Positions 1 to 11,749 are shown, counted from the whole stretch's first letter. The stretch: DNA of 60,780 nucleotides, filler included, from Sphacelaria rigidula (GCA_964200075.2; 6 parts of 6 records of this genome joined end to end with filler, not necessarily neighbours in it), one strand, 5' to 3'. The notes: generated by a model from the sequence alone, not told the origin. Numbers and translations: made by a program.

Positions 1-10
1 CCAGAGTTGC

Positions 11-120
11 TTAACCCTTGGACGGCGGTGCCGGTAGTCCATCTGGACCACGTGTACTTTTTTCAAGTGACCATTGATGCCGATTCAGCAGGTGACCTAC
101 TCCCGCGGTCTAACGGTTAA
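11..120. mobile_element. ~110 bp piggyBac-type MITE (TTAA-flanked), family A
   Basis: TTAA-CCCTTGGAC...GGTCTAACGG-TTAA with internal TGATGCCGATTC; related copies at 5069, 15249 and 33405. Confidence 0.7.
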
Positions 121-483
121 CTCCTCCTGCGGAGTTTTGGGGAGGAAGATACTTTCGCTCTGTTTTACTCTTTCGTATCTTCCCTGCAATAGAGGAATGC
201 GACGTCAGCCCCATTTCAGTGTTGAACCCCAACATTTAAAATTGGCTGATATATATGTTTTTTTCAATACTTGTCGAGAAGACAAAAAAATCTCACGAGA
301 TGCGTTATTTGTGGCATCCAACAGTCACTGTGATGAGCGGTGGCAAGCGAAACAAATTTGGAAAATGGTTGAGAAGCTAAGAAATTACGAATTCTGCATA
401 TTTTTGACGCTGACTACTGCACGCAAAGCACGTTCCCCTTGTTGCGCGGGGGTCACGTGTATCGTGAGTGGTTTAGACAAAAC

Positions 484-1048
484 CAGGCTCTATTCTGCAC
501 ACGTCACTTTGACGTTACACGTCACAAATGTCACGTCACAACGGTGTGGCGTGACGTTACGCTGTTTGTTGAAGACGTCACAAATGTGACGTGACGTGAC
601 GTGACGTACCATTAAACAATTGTGAGGTGACGTGACGTATCATTCTTCAAGTATTTTGGAGCGTTTGTTGTAATGTGTAACGTATTCGTTACACGTTTGT
701 TACGCCTGAATGAACGTCACAAACGTCACCGTCAACCTCCCGTACCAAGTTACGCTACATGAAACGTTACAACGTCGTACGTGGCGTTTGTTTACCCTCA
801 ACAAGGTGGAGCTGAAAGGTTTCTTGTTACGTCACACGCCACAAACGTGACGTATATCATTTGTCACACGTTACGATAAACGTTTCAAAATATGATAGTG
901 TGACGGGACGTCACGTATAGTTTTTCAAGACGTCACAAGTGGGACGTGACCTGATGTGCCGGTGAACAGTTGTGACGTGACGCGACGTACTATTGTCAAG
1001 ACGTCACGTTTGTGACGTAACGTGTAACGTGTAACGTTAGGAGCCCTG
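484..1048. mobile_element. hAT-like non-autonomous element packed with ACGT-core repeats (GTGACGT/GTAACGT/ACGTCAC)
   Basis: Ends CAGG(G)CTC...GAGCCCTG, imperfect A-rich flanking duplication, many TGACGT/ACGTCA/ACGTTAC words; related left end at 41903. Confidence 0.6.
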
Positions 1049-1678
1049 CAAAAACCGAAATTATGTGAAAATCACCCCATAGAAGGGTCCCCCCTCCCAC
1101 GCACACACGACTGTCAGTTGAAACCACCTTCTTACATTCACGACATCGCTGAAATAACGATGTTTACTTCTTGAATAGAACTTCCTGAACAGAAGGTCCA
1201 AGCTTCGAATCCTGCGTTCTGCATGATCATGAGTACACCCCGTGGAAGATGGGAACAATTTGATACCTTTTTCTTTGAATGAAGTCGGCATCTACGCCTT
1301 CGTCGCGTAGGTTGAACGCAGGATTACATCTTCCACGGGGGGGGTGCGAACGTGTGCGAGCACATCGACACAATGTCACTGAATGTAGTAAAGGATGTCA
1401 TCGGCATGCGAGACGGCAGATCCACTTTGTTTGCTGTTCCCCAGTGAGAACCAGCGCTCAGTGTATGTTGTGTACTGGTGGTATATCTATAGCCCTATTA
1501 TTGATCACCTCGTCCGTTGCTCGTCTATTCTAGTGTGTGTTCACGACGGAAGTGCGCACGTCTACAGCGCCATGCGCATCAGACGCCAACCAAACGCATT
1601 TGAGATCTCACCTAAGGGCATCAATCAAGGGGGGCAAAACGAACGAACGATTACGTCTTCATGCACAACCTGTCGTGG

Positions 1679-1880
1679 TGTAATGCGTGAGGGACCGCGT
1701 GCTTAGACCGCATCGGAGTGTAAACACCTCTATGACTGGGGTTAGGGCTAGGGTAAGTGTTGGGGTTAGCGTCAGGGGCGTGGTCCCTACACGGACTGGC
1801 TCGAATGGGTTTGAAAAACGCCGATCCCGAGGTGTTCTGAACTACGATGCAGTCCCCTAAGCACGCGGTCCTCTCACGCA
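1679..1880. mobile_element. ~200 bp MITE with internal telomere-like (TTAGGG) repeats, family T
   Basis: TIR TGTAATGCGTGAG(A)GGACCGCGTGCTT / AAGCACGCGGTCCTCTCACGCA; internal GGGTTAGGGCTAGGG; other copies at 5245, 6168/8061, 9755, 21840. Confidence 0.8.
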
Positions 1881-1957
1881 AAACAGTGGTTCATTCAATT
1901 TTTTCTCGTCTTTCTCCCGTGATTCCCTTTTCGGTTTCCCGAACACGGCGTGCGCAG

Positions 1958-2221
1958 GTGGGCCTCGGTGGTCACCCACGTTCCCTGCGGAGGTGATGAC
2001 ACCGACCCTGCCGGACGTATTCTGATTACCGCCAACATTGCGGAGATCGATGGCTTGGCTGGTAGTATTGCCTCCATGCAGCATAGTGGTGGTGTTTGGC
2101 CCGAGTGCGGGATCCCCAAGCGCGGCACAGTGACGTTTGACATTGATGATATTGACAACCGGACCGAAGACGAGTTCACCGCTATGACTTTACATGAGGT
2201 TGGACATATTCTTGGTATCGG
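1958..2221 (+). CDS. Leishmanolysin/M8-like zinc metalloprotease, internal exon with the HExxH motif
   Basis: cag|G acceptor and GG|gtgag donor; encodes ...GTVTFDIDDID...MTLHEVGHILGIG. Confidence 0.85.
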
Positions 2222-2786
2222 GTGAGATGTTTTTTTACGAATGCGACGGATCTAGACTGCCATGCATTGTTCACTTCTCATGTTCACCTGGGTAGACTCG
2301 TTTGACCCGCAGAAGGATCGTGGGTGGGACGTCAGGCGTTTGTTCGGCAGGGTTCTGGTTTCTGCTCAGATGTGGGATATAATTGGGGGCAGCAGTCAAC
2401 GCAAACGGCGTAATATCATGGAACTGATGCCACTATTAGACAAAAAGATCGGGTACTATCCCGCAGTTGTAGGTTCTTATAGCTCACGATCTACTCTCCG
2501 CGGCGACGAGACGCCCTCGTTCCTTTGGCAATATATTCTCTTCATGTCACACCGTTGCATGACTCGTCAACGAACCAGTCACCGTGGCCGATAGAGTAAC
2601 TCATACTGCACCTCGCTGCTACCTGATACGAAAAGAATAACCACCTCTATCTTCCAGGGACATAATAACTCCCCTCTCCACTTGACGCGTTTGCGGTTGC
2701 TTCACTACTGCCCTCGTCTAACTACATCACCCCGGTCTCTTTTCGTCTGTGCGTATGAACGGGCGGATGTTTCTACGGTACAACAG

Positions 2787-2926
2787 GACTCTGTGGAGCT
2801 GGCACGGTTGCTCTACCTGCCTCCAAGAGGATGGGAACACTCTGTATACGTGCCCGGCAGCGAAGTCGGCCTATAACGATCTTGCTGGATTGTCCCAGGG
2901 CACAGAGGCAGACATCGTTGCCGGAG
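2787..2926 (+). CDS. Leishmanolysin/M8-like metalloprotease, next exon
   Basis: aacag|G acceptor, phase-compatible (GIG-TLWSWHGCSTC...YTCPAAKSAYNDLAG), G|gtag donor; GIGTLW is typical after HExxH in this family. Confidence 0.75.
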
Positions 2927-3434
2927 GTAGATCAAATAGGGCATATCCTTCATTTTGTCGACTCTCTACCTCTGAGGAGACCCTTCCGCATCGAATGCAC
3001 ATACAGGAGTAGTGTGTCGGCGCAGATCTCGACATGTTACCCTAGGCTCGTGCCGGAAGTCGTGTTGATCGCGTCACATACGTTATGCTGTAACCTCGTG
3101 GGCAGTGACTTGGATTCGATTACCGAAGTCAAAAAACCAGTTCGCTATGCCGGGTACTGTATCGGCTACTTTTATGTAACGTCATCAGGCAGTCAAGGAT
3201 CACAATCGCCAACCGTGAAGCTGCGCTCACGAGAATCATACCCGCCCAAAAACTACTCACAGGTTAACTGATGCCTCTATCACCACGATACGTCCAGACC
3301 GGTTCTGAATTGAATGCGTTTCCTTGGATTGGAAAAGAACAGCGATAACGGCTTTGTCCACACTATGCGGACTGAGCAGGAAACTCGTGTACTGTGTCGT
3401 CTCTGCTTGCATGTTTACGGTTACCTCCGCGCAG

Positions 3435-3493
3435 ATTGCTACCACTTCTCCGCAGGCACATCCCCAGAAGAAGTCATGGTTCCGGCTTTACCG
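3435..3493 (+). CDS. Leishmanolysin/M8-like metalloprotease, exon with candidate third Zn-ligand His and Met-turn
   Basis: gcag|AT acceptor, phase-compatible; DCYHFSAGTSPEEVMVPALP; CCG|gtgagt donor, or read-through to a stop at 3550. Confidence 0.65.
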
Positions 3494-3593
3494 GTGAGTC
3501 TGCAAGTAGTCGATGGTCGTACGCTCGCATCTTTAGGGTGTATGTCGTAGCCGTAATCGCAAATCATCTTGTGTTCCGCCTCTTTCTGAAATA

Positions 3594-4026
3594 AACACGG
3601 GGTATTACAACTTGGGGAAGGATTTTTATCGAGGGTGAGGATCCGGAGGATGAAAATCTTCGTATCCACACCAAATCTTCGGAATATGATTTCATCTCTT
3701 CACTTGCTGCTAGCTGTTGACAACTACTATAAGGCATGCAAATTTTATTTTCGATAACCTGAATGTTGGGGTCCTAGGTGAAAACCGATTTCGGGGTCCG
3801 ATGGGATCACCTTAATTCCCCAAAAATGGTTTTTCATCTAGGACCCCCAACATTTTGGTTATTGAAATCCGAATTTGTATGGCGTTTAGTAGTTGTCAAC
3901 AGCTACCAGAAGCAAGTGAAGAAATGGAACCATATATCGAGGATTGGTTGTGGATAAGAAGACTTTAATTCTCCGGGTTCTCATCCCCAATAGAATATCC
4001 ATCCCCAATTTGTAAAATCCCGTGTT
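3594..4026. mobile_element. ~430 bp foldback (near-complete palindrome) MITE, family F
   Basis: AACACGGG...TTACAA.TTGGGGA at left, ATCCCCAATTTGTAAAATCCCGTGTT at right; arms pair through GGGGTCCTAGGTGAAAA / TTTTCATCTAGGACCCC. Confidence 0.85.
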
Positions 4027-5068
4027 ACTAGGGGTTCCGGGCGTGATTCCACGATACATTAGGGTAAACGCACAGAACGGCGTCGGCAACTTCTGCAGAC
4101 ACGGGTTCACGCCGTGGTATACTGTGGCTCGTCATGCGTGTGTTGGGTTGTGAAGAGCAGCATAAACTCGAGCGAAGTTCATTTGAGCCGATCATCACGT
4201 TGTTTAAAACCCGAATGTAGGCATCTCTTGCAGCGGCTGACTGGAATAAACGCTGGGTTGTGTCAACGGAGCAACCAAAGTCATCACAGCCCTCAACTAT
4301 TTTGCGTACATTTGAATGTCTGATGGGGTCGGGTGTTCATCGATAGAAAGTGCTCACGATACCGGGATGTTTCGAGAAACATCGGTGTCGCACTTATGTA
4401 CCCATCGGTGGTCAGGCCTTTTGACGTCAGCGGGATCGCGCGTCTGATCGAACTCGTATCATTATATTATGGATGGATGAAGACGTATTTATCCTACGAG
4501 CTGGGCCAGCCAGGAGTACGTGTGAATATCGTCAGGCGACGCACGGCGCGATATCAGGAGTTGGACGCTGAAAATTTGACAGCAGCCTTTCATGATCAAC
4601 ATGCACAAAATCACAGATCCAGCGAAAAATAAAATAATAATAAGTTATGGGCATTTTAAATTTCAGCATAAACAAGAAATAGCCGTAAGTCCAGGAGAAA
4701 AAGGGGAACCTGCAGCTGGACTCGCGAAGGGTCAGTCCCTTGGGCGCAGAAGGTCTTCCTGAAATTTCAGCTCAAGACTCGTCGAATCGGGCCGTGCGTT
4801 TAACATTTTCCGTGCCGCTGCTGCACCCTTACAAATCAAGTGATGGGAGACTCCAATTATAAAGGTCATGAGTTCGAATCCCGACACATTCTCTTTTATT
4901 TCGTCCGTCGTGAAGGTCATGCATTATGCAGTATTTTTTTTTCATTTTTTTCTTTATCCAGCGGCGGTGCCGTGTGACACCAGGTTGGTCTACACTTCAC
5001 AGTGGTTGCTTACATCGGGCTCACTCGGGAAACTGGGGAAGCTGTGGTATGAGTAATTTTTAGCAGTT

Positions 5069-5174
5069 TTAACTTCCAGACCGCGAGGTTAGTCTTCTGT
5101 TGAATCTGCATCAATTTCAAGTGAAAAAAAGTGTCCATGATCCAGAAAGACTAATCGCGCGGTCTAGGGGTTAA
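5069..5174. mobile_element. piggyBac-type MITE family A copy (reverse orientation)
   Basis: TTAA...AGACCGCG...CGCGGTCTAGGGG-TTAA; internal GAATCTGCATCAATT. Confidence 0.65.
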
Positions 5175-5244
5175 GCTGGCCCGGCTCGTACTCCCATACA
5201 AGTTGAGACGACCCTTCCGGCGCCCACTGTAATGCATGAGAGTG

Positions 5245-5435
5245 TCATGCGTGAGAGGACCGCGTGCTTCAAGGACCACGTCGGAAGTTGAACATCTCTA
5301 TAGTTGAGGTTAGGGTTAGGGTCAGGCGCGTGGTTCCTGCAGGGAGTGGCTCAAATATTTTTGACAACCGTTGATCCTGGGATGTTTTGAACTACGGTGT
5401 GGTTACCTAGGCACGCAGTCTTCTCACGCATTACA
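5245..5435. mobile_element. Telomere-repeat MITE family T copy
   Basis: TGCGTGAGAGGACCGCGTGCTT...GGTTAGGGTTAGGGTCAGG...GCACGCAGTCTTCTCACGCATTACA. Confidence 0.8.
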
Positions 5436-5596
5436 CCCTCTACCGATCCGGAACGATATCCGACATATCGGTGGTACCGGTACAGGTACGCAGCCCGGGC
5501 ATCCGTCGAACGCATCAGTCAGCGGTTGACGACACGGGTGAGCCGTTTGCCCGCTAAGTTGCCACCAGTGGCAGCAACGCATACCATATTGGTCTA

Positions 5597-5821
5597 CTAC
5601 CGCAATTGTGCGAGTTATCGCACACCCCCTGGACCGAATTTCAAAGCCCGATTACTGCATGACGAAGAGAGTGCCAATACCAAATGACGCGTTTTCGGAC
5701 AGCTATCGACGAGATCTTTCCAGCGTCACCCTGTTCGGAACTGGTTCTCTTCTTGTTGTGGAGTAATCGAGCTCTGACATTCGGTCCGGGGGGCGTGAGA
5801 TGACTCGTACAGTTACGGTAT
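5597..5821. repeat. Inverted repeat (~60 bp arms), probable MITE
   Basis: TACCGCAATTGTGCGAG...GGACCGAATTTCAAAGCCCGATTACTGCA pairs imperfectly with TGGAGTAATCGAGCTCTGACATTCGGTCC...CTCGTACAGTTACGGTA. Confidence 0.6.
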
Positions 5822-6167
5822 TTTCCGTACGTCTGTCCCCGGATTTTTCTTCGGCGCAGAATGACAGAACCGTACACACGCAACGAATACACGTATTTAC
5901 CGTAAACACATAGTATGAAGTGGTGAAGCCGATAGTCGTCGGGTTAGAACCACGTTTCTCTGGCTGGTTGTTGGTTGGGAGAATGACGAACTTCGTCAGA
6001 ACCAAGCAGGCACTTGAATGACAGCGCGTAAATGCTGCGGCTCGGGTCTCATTTGCATCACAGTACGGTACAGCGATACCGTTTGGTATAGGCGGTTCGA
6101 TCGCCGATGACGGCTATTTTCGGCAACAACAATTTTCAAAAGTGTGAGTTGACCACGTCGTAGTCCT

Positions 6168-8130
6168 GAAATGCGTGGCTGGACGGCGTGCTAAGAGGAC
6201 GTGAAGGAATTTGAACATGCCCACGTTCAGGGTTGAGGTTGGGGTTAGGGTCAGGTGCGTGGTCCCCACAGGGACTGGCTCGATTGGGTTTGAAAAACGT
6301 TCAAGGTTATGTTCTGTCGGGTACGGGTACGTTATGTAGGGTATGAGATCCCTTGCAGAACTTACAGAATTGTCGGGTACCGGTATGAAATTCTGACAGA
6401 AAATACAGAACTGTTGGGTACCGGTATAAAAACTCCTAAAGAAATTACAGAACGTTTCGAGTACGGTACGGAAGGCTTACAGAAAAGCGGTACCGGCAAT
6501 CGGGTAAGTCTTGTAGGGCATACCCGCCCCTCGGTTTAGGGTAAAGTTTATGCACAGAATTCACAGAACTGTCCAGTAAGGGTACGGGAGGCTTACAGAA
6601 CTCACAGAAACTGTCGGGTATGTTACGGAGGTTGCACAGAAAACCGTACCCCCACCCGGGTATCTTATCAAGAGCATACCCATGCCCCCCGGTAATGGTA
6701 CGGGAGGCTTACAGAATTCACAGAACTGTCGGGTACGGGTATGAAGGTCTTACAGAGACTACAGAACTGTCGGGTACCGGTATGGAAATCTTACAGAGTT
6801 TCCAAAACTGTCGGGTACGGTAAATACCCGGCAAAATACTCCGGGTATACAGAGAACCGTACCCTACAGAACACGACCTTGGTATAATCATCACCTCTGT
6901 GGTGGGACTTACGTACAACAGTGGCACAATATAGATGACAGTTCACGAAAACTCTGAACGGCCTTCACGGAGTAGATTGAGAAAGACTACACGAACAATC
7001 GCAGTAGTACATGGATCGTCAACATCTATCGGCTCCACGTACACTCTCAGAGAGTATATAAAGGAGCATTCACGGCTGCCCGTTCTCTGAAAGCTCTTCG
7101 GCACGCGACAAAATCGCCAACGGCCTTGACGACGTACGCAGCTCATACACTCTATCTATGCTGTACATTTCGATAACGGCCTGGGGTTTGATTACCATGA
7201 CACAACCACCATCAACGTCGATGACCTGCGTCCTGCTACTTGATTCCCCGGTGGCGTAGATGAACCACCCCCGCTCGGGTCACCACTCGAGAGTCTGGGG
7301 ATGATCCATCCTGACGGTCTGCAGGGCTGATAATGTTTCGTGTTTTCTCTCAGCGGTACGTCATATATATCCCGTCAGATCCCGAACTAAAAAACGTTTC
7401 AACATCGAATTATTGTTGGTGTGCATTTTTGAATGAAGGAGTTGGATGGGTTCATCGATGGGAGGTACCATCTTCAGGTCATGAGGTTGTGTCTTTGGAT
7501 TGAACATATATCCGTACCTCCCCGAGGTATATACCTGCGCTCATACCTGCATCCCCCCCGGGTAGGGGTACGGAAGGCTTACAGAGCTCACAGAATTGTC
7601 GGGTGCCAGCACAGTCTTACAGACATTACAGAACTTGTCGGGTACGGTATGGGAGGCTTACAGAAAACCGGTACCGGCATTCGGGTATTCTTCACGAGCA
7701 TACCTGCGCTTCGAGTACGGGTTAACATTATGTACATATCTCACAGAACTGTCGGGTACGGGTGTAGGAGGCTCACAGCACTCACAGAAACTGTCGGGTA
7801 GGGTATGGAGGTTGTACAGAAAACCGTACCCGCAATCAGGTACCTTGTCAAGAGCATACCCGCGCCCCCCGGTAACGGTATGGGAGTCTTACAGAAATTA
7901 CAGAAGTATCGGGTGAGGGTATGAAAGTCTCACAGAGAATACAGAACTGTCGGGTACCGATACAAAAGTCTTGCAGAAGTCACAGAACTGTCGGGTACGG
8001 AAATACCCGGTAAAATACTCCGGGTATATAGAAAACCGTACCCAACAGAGCACAACCTTGAAACCTTTGATCCTGAGGTGTGTCGAACTACAATGCGGTC
8101 CTGTAAGCACGCGGTCCTCTCACGCATTAC
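6168..8130. mobile_element. Family T MITE split in two (6168-6301 and 8061-8130) by a later insertion
   Basis: Left half ends GGGTTTGAAAAACGTT; right half resumes GATCCTGAGGTG...AAGCACGCGGTCCTCTCACGCATTACA, collinear with intact copies. Confidence 0.75.
6302..8060. mobile_element. Composite hAT-like element: CAGAACTGTCGGGTAC-repeat MITE (6302-6881), ~650 bp unrelated DNA, second partial copy (~7540-8060)
   Basis: TIR CAAGGTTATGTTCTGTCGGGTACGG; right TIRs end at 6881 and 8060; flanks AAAACGTT / AAACCTTT resemble an 8-bp TSD (6/8). Confidence 0.7.
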
Positions 8131-9754
8131 AGTACACCCCAAGCTTTCTTTGTTCAAATGACTTGTGCTGATCTCAGCACTTAACTTTGCAATGTGGGTA
8201 ACTACTGACAAGAGTGAGAGTGTGAAGCGTCCTGCAGCTGCAGCTTTGCTGTGCTGTGCTGCATGTGCTTTGTAGACTGAGTAGCCTACCGCGGAGGATT
8301 ACACTCGGGCCACGGTTTGGTCCGTCAGAGAATTTGACTGAAGAAATACAAATGTTTATAATTGACTGACTCCCGAAGTCAAGTTTTTCGCTGATGGTGA
8401 TGAAGAAGAGAAGAAGTAGAGGAGTGATCAGGTGGGCGAGCACCATGTGCGAGCCTACCAATCAGCTAATGAACTTCCAGAAGTTTCACAGGTCTAGAAC
8501 ACACGCGGGATATTATAACCGAATAACTCCCGATTTATCCCCCGACGACTTGTTCTGGAAACATAACGTACCGCAGAATATGCCGCAGAGTATTTCTGGA
8601 ACACTAAAATTATTTTTTACTTGTTTACGATAACTTACGATAGATAGTAGTCGTCACCAATGGCTGACATTGAATATTCCAACACTTCCCCACATACACG
8701 GAATGCAGAAACATCTAGATCTACGGAGAACGTTCTGGAAGTGTTTCCAGAAGAATTCAGCGTACGTACAGCAAGTTCTACGGAGACACAGCAACCCGTG
8801 TACTAGTCAGATCCTTCTCTTGGTTGCACCTGTACTGCTACTGCTGTTACTGCCCAGACTGAGACTAGTTGCTGCAATCGTCAACAAAGGTGAATCTGTG
8901 TCTGGTTGCTTGCATTCATACATACCATTTCCCTGACAAAGATACTGCCCTCCTCTTCGGAGTAGCATGTCCGACTTCGGTGGTCCTATGCATCTCTCTG
9001 GCGATCTCTGCGGCTTATCATCGCGGACGACATTTGGAGAAGACCAATTTTGCTCTGCACGACTTTTCGACGTGTGTCCTGCTTAAACTTGAAAGTCTTG
9101 GGTGGCGCTGGAAACCCCCGAACATACCTCAATAGTTTTATACCCCCGCGAGCAAGGCACCAATCGTTTTCGGAATTCCTTCCCCTAAACCCTCATGATG
9201 AATAATCGCATACTGGTTTGGAGAGTTTCTGAACAACAGTTGAGTCATTTTGTGCTCGGAGGGACCTTCAACAGTGGATTCTCGAAAATGGGCTCATAAA
9301 ACAAAATGAAATTGAACTCAAAAACTGTGATTTCCCTGACCTGATTTAGTGGCAAATGACTTTCATGTGGACAACCCCATCCCCCCCGATCTGCGTAAAA
9401 CTATATTGGAGGATTTTTAGCCTTCCGCTCCCCCGGAAGGCATCTGCGAACACAAGATTTTTTGGCCAAGAAACATATCGTTTTCACCCCAAACTCGAGG
9501 CAAAAGTTTGCTTTTGCACATACCCTCCAGGGGAACGGAAGGCTAGAAACCCCCCGAAATAGTTTGGGGTAGGTCGGGAGCGATAAGGTCGTCCGTATGA
9601 AAGTAATTTGTCATGAATTTCGTTCAGAGACAGCAGGGCTCGACAGTGGAACCTCGGTTTTGTTTTTAACCTCATTTTCGAGATCCACTGTTCCTTCCTT
9701 GTCTGGATTTTACAGCAGTGCCTCGTTTCACACGCGACCATTTCGCTACTCCCC

Positions 9755-9962
9755 TGTGATGCGTGAGAGGGACTGCATCGTTGTTCAAAACACCTCGGGA
9801 TGGACGTTTCTCAAAACCAATCGGGCCAGTCTCCCCAGGGTCCACGCTCCTGTCCCTTACCACAAAGCCAACCCTAACACTACCAATAACCCTAACCCCA
9901 ACCATAGGGATGTTCAAATACCGATACGGTCCTCCAAGCACGCGCTCCTCTCACGCATTGCA
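9755..9962. mobile_element. Telomere-repeat MITE family T copy (reverse orientation)
   Basis: TGTGATGCGTGAGAGGG...AACCCTAAC...AAGCACGCGCTCCTCTCACGCATTGCA. Confidence 0.75.
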
Positions 9963-10048
9963 GATAGTATATCCCTCTCCACCATCCCCCTCCAGAGTGA
10001 TGCTACGGTAGGGGTACAGAAATAATTTCTGATATTAAAATCGTTAGG

Positions 10049-10148
10049 NNNNNNNNNNNNNNNNNNNNNNNNNNNNNNNNNNNNNNNNNNNNTTAATTAA
10101 TTAANNNNNNNNNNNNNNNNNNNNNNNNNNNNNNNNNNNNNNNNNNNN
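10049..10148. other. Artificial contig linker N44-TTAATTAATTAA-N44
   Basis: Identical 100-bp spacer with stops in all six frames, present five times. Confidence 0.98.
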
Positions 10149-10309
10149 CCGTCCCGGCATTGCAGGGATGCGAGGTCAATGGTCTTATGACTATGGCATG
10201 CATGATCATGAGTACACCCAACATGGGCTTGATCGGGGAAGCTCGAATCGGGATGTCACGATTTGAGAACGATTATCCTCGATTTTGAACCCAAATTGGG
10301 GGAAAGTTG

Positions 10310-10830
10310 AGGTTCTCCCAATCCGTAGGAAGGTGACGTACGTACAGTGAGGTACGGCGATAGGGTAACAGGCGTTTGATGTTTTTGCAACCGCAGCACC
10401 AGACGGTCCCGTGACGGCACAGGCCGTGCCTGCCAGCGCCAGCTGATGAAGCAGCTTCGCACGGGGTTTGACAAGCGGATGAGAGGTGTTGACGCCGTAC
10501 CCTGCGGCGATGGTGATACATTATGCTGCACTGCGCTGCCGTTATATATCACCATAACGACCGGTACTGAGCTATCTTTCACTCTGCTGTCGCTGTACTT
10601 GCAGGGTAATGTATTGTACGGCACCGCACTACTGAACTCCTCTTGCACACCGTTCACTGTTCTCGCCATACCGATCATGTGTCATCATCTACAATCACAC
10701 GGCATTATCCTGTACCGTAATGATGGAATGCGCTGCACTGAATTACCCTACGGTACCGCGGCACACCATACTCAAAGGATGATTCACGACCTGCCTGCTC
10801 TTCGGCTTCACTGATGCAAAACATTACCAT
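10310..10830. repeat. Dispersed repeat shared with 30735-31125
   Basis: Collinear blocks AGGTGACGTACGT, TGAAGCAGCTTCGCACGGGGTTTGACAAG, CCCTGCGGCGATGGTGA, ACCTGCTGCTCTTCGG. Confidence 0.75.
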
Positions 10831-11165
10831 CCGTGTACAGAACTATCAAATACTTCATTGATGTATATGTATGAGACTATAAGATGGTCCCCACGGACCT
10901 GGCGCCCGCAAATATGTATCCCCCAAATTTTGTACAGATTGGGGTCTTCACAGGATTGAGATTTGTGCCGATAAAAACAAGTCTTAATCAGGTCAAGCAA
11001 CAAGTAAAGTAAAGACGGACTACAGCTTTCTCCGAAACTCTAGCATCGGATTTTTGTTGTCAGCAATTTTTGGTTTGGATCAGTCGAGAAGAAATAACAC
11101 TTTTTTCCGAAAACGTCGGGAGAGCCTTAGAGAAAAATTCAAGTAATAATGCCCCTCAGACTAAC

Positions 11166-11255
11166 AAAAAAAAAAGCCTCTGTCGGGATCCGAATCCTCA
11201 ACCTTAACGTCCGTCTCAATCGGCGTAAGTTGCACCAGTAAGACTACTGGGGTGC
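11166..11255 (-). pseudogene. tRNA-derived Pol III-like relic (degenerate tRNA or SINE head)
   Basis: Minus strand: A-box-like TAGTCTTACTGG, B-box-like GGATTCGGATCCC, then a T10 run; acceptor stem imperfect. Confidence 0.4.
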
Positions 11256-11749
11256 GGCCGGTATACCCCGTCACGAATGGTACCCGGCCTCGAGGACTCA
11301 GCACAAGCTGCAACTTCACATGGTCTCAAATGCCATGTGGGGCAGCATCGGTGGCGCCTTGAAAGATACATTTTAATATGAAGACCATTCTTCATTGAAG
11401 TCGACCGAAGACGCTAACTTTCGGATACTGTACTAAGTGTACTAGCGAGATATAACCAGCACATGTTCTTGTGGTCGACGCGCATAGAGCCTGTGCGGAA
11501 AAGAAACAAGCCCGGAAAGGATGATACATGGCATTCTACTGCCCAATGTTTCCCCGACTCCGCCTTTTAGACTGTTCCCTGGAGTAGGGGCGAAACGCTG
11601 GTACCCATTGGTCTACTTTGAGACTGATCGGTCGCGTGACGGGCATGGCAACTGCCAGTACAATTATACCCCTCAACTTCGGAAACGCGTAATTCGATGA
11701 CGAAAATACCACACAGATTATGGGGCCTGAGCATGTGTGACCTCGTGTG

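Noticed and set aside
74-589. 171 aa ORF and most other short ORF-track entries
   Set aside because: They span MITE or repeat sequence and lack motifs or splice support.
4835-4895. Possible tRNA (GAGTTCGAATCCC B box)
   Set aside because: No convincing cloverleaf or A box.
6302-8060. CRISPR-like array of CAGAACTGTCGGGTAC repeats
   Set aside because: Irregular spacing, non-unique spacers, TIR-bounded, eukaryotic context and no cas genes; these are MITE subterminal repeats.
10093-10104. TTAATTAATTAA as a biological motif
   Set aside because: Synthetic six-frame stop linker between N runs.
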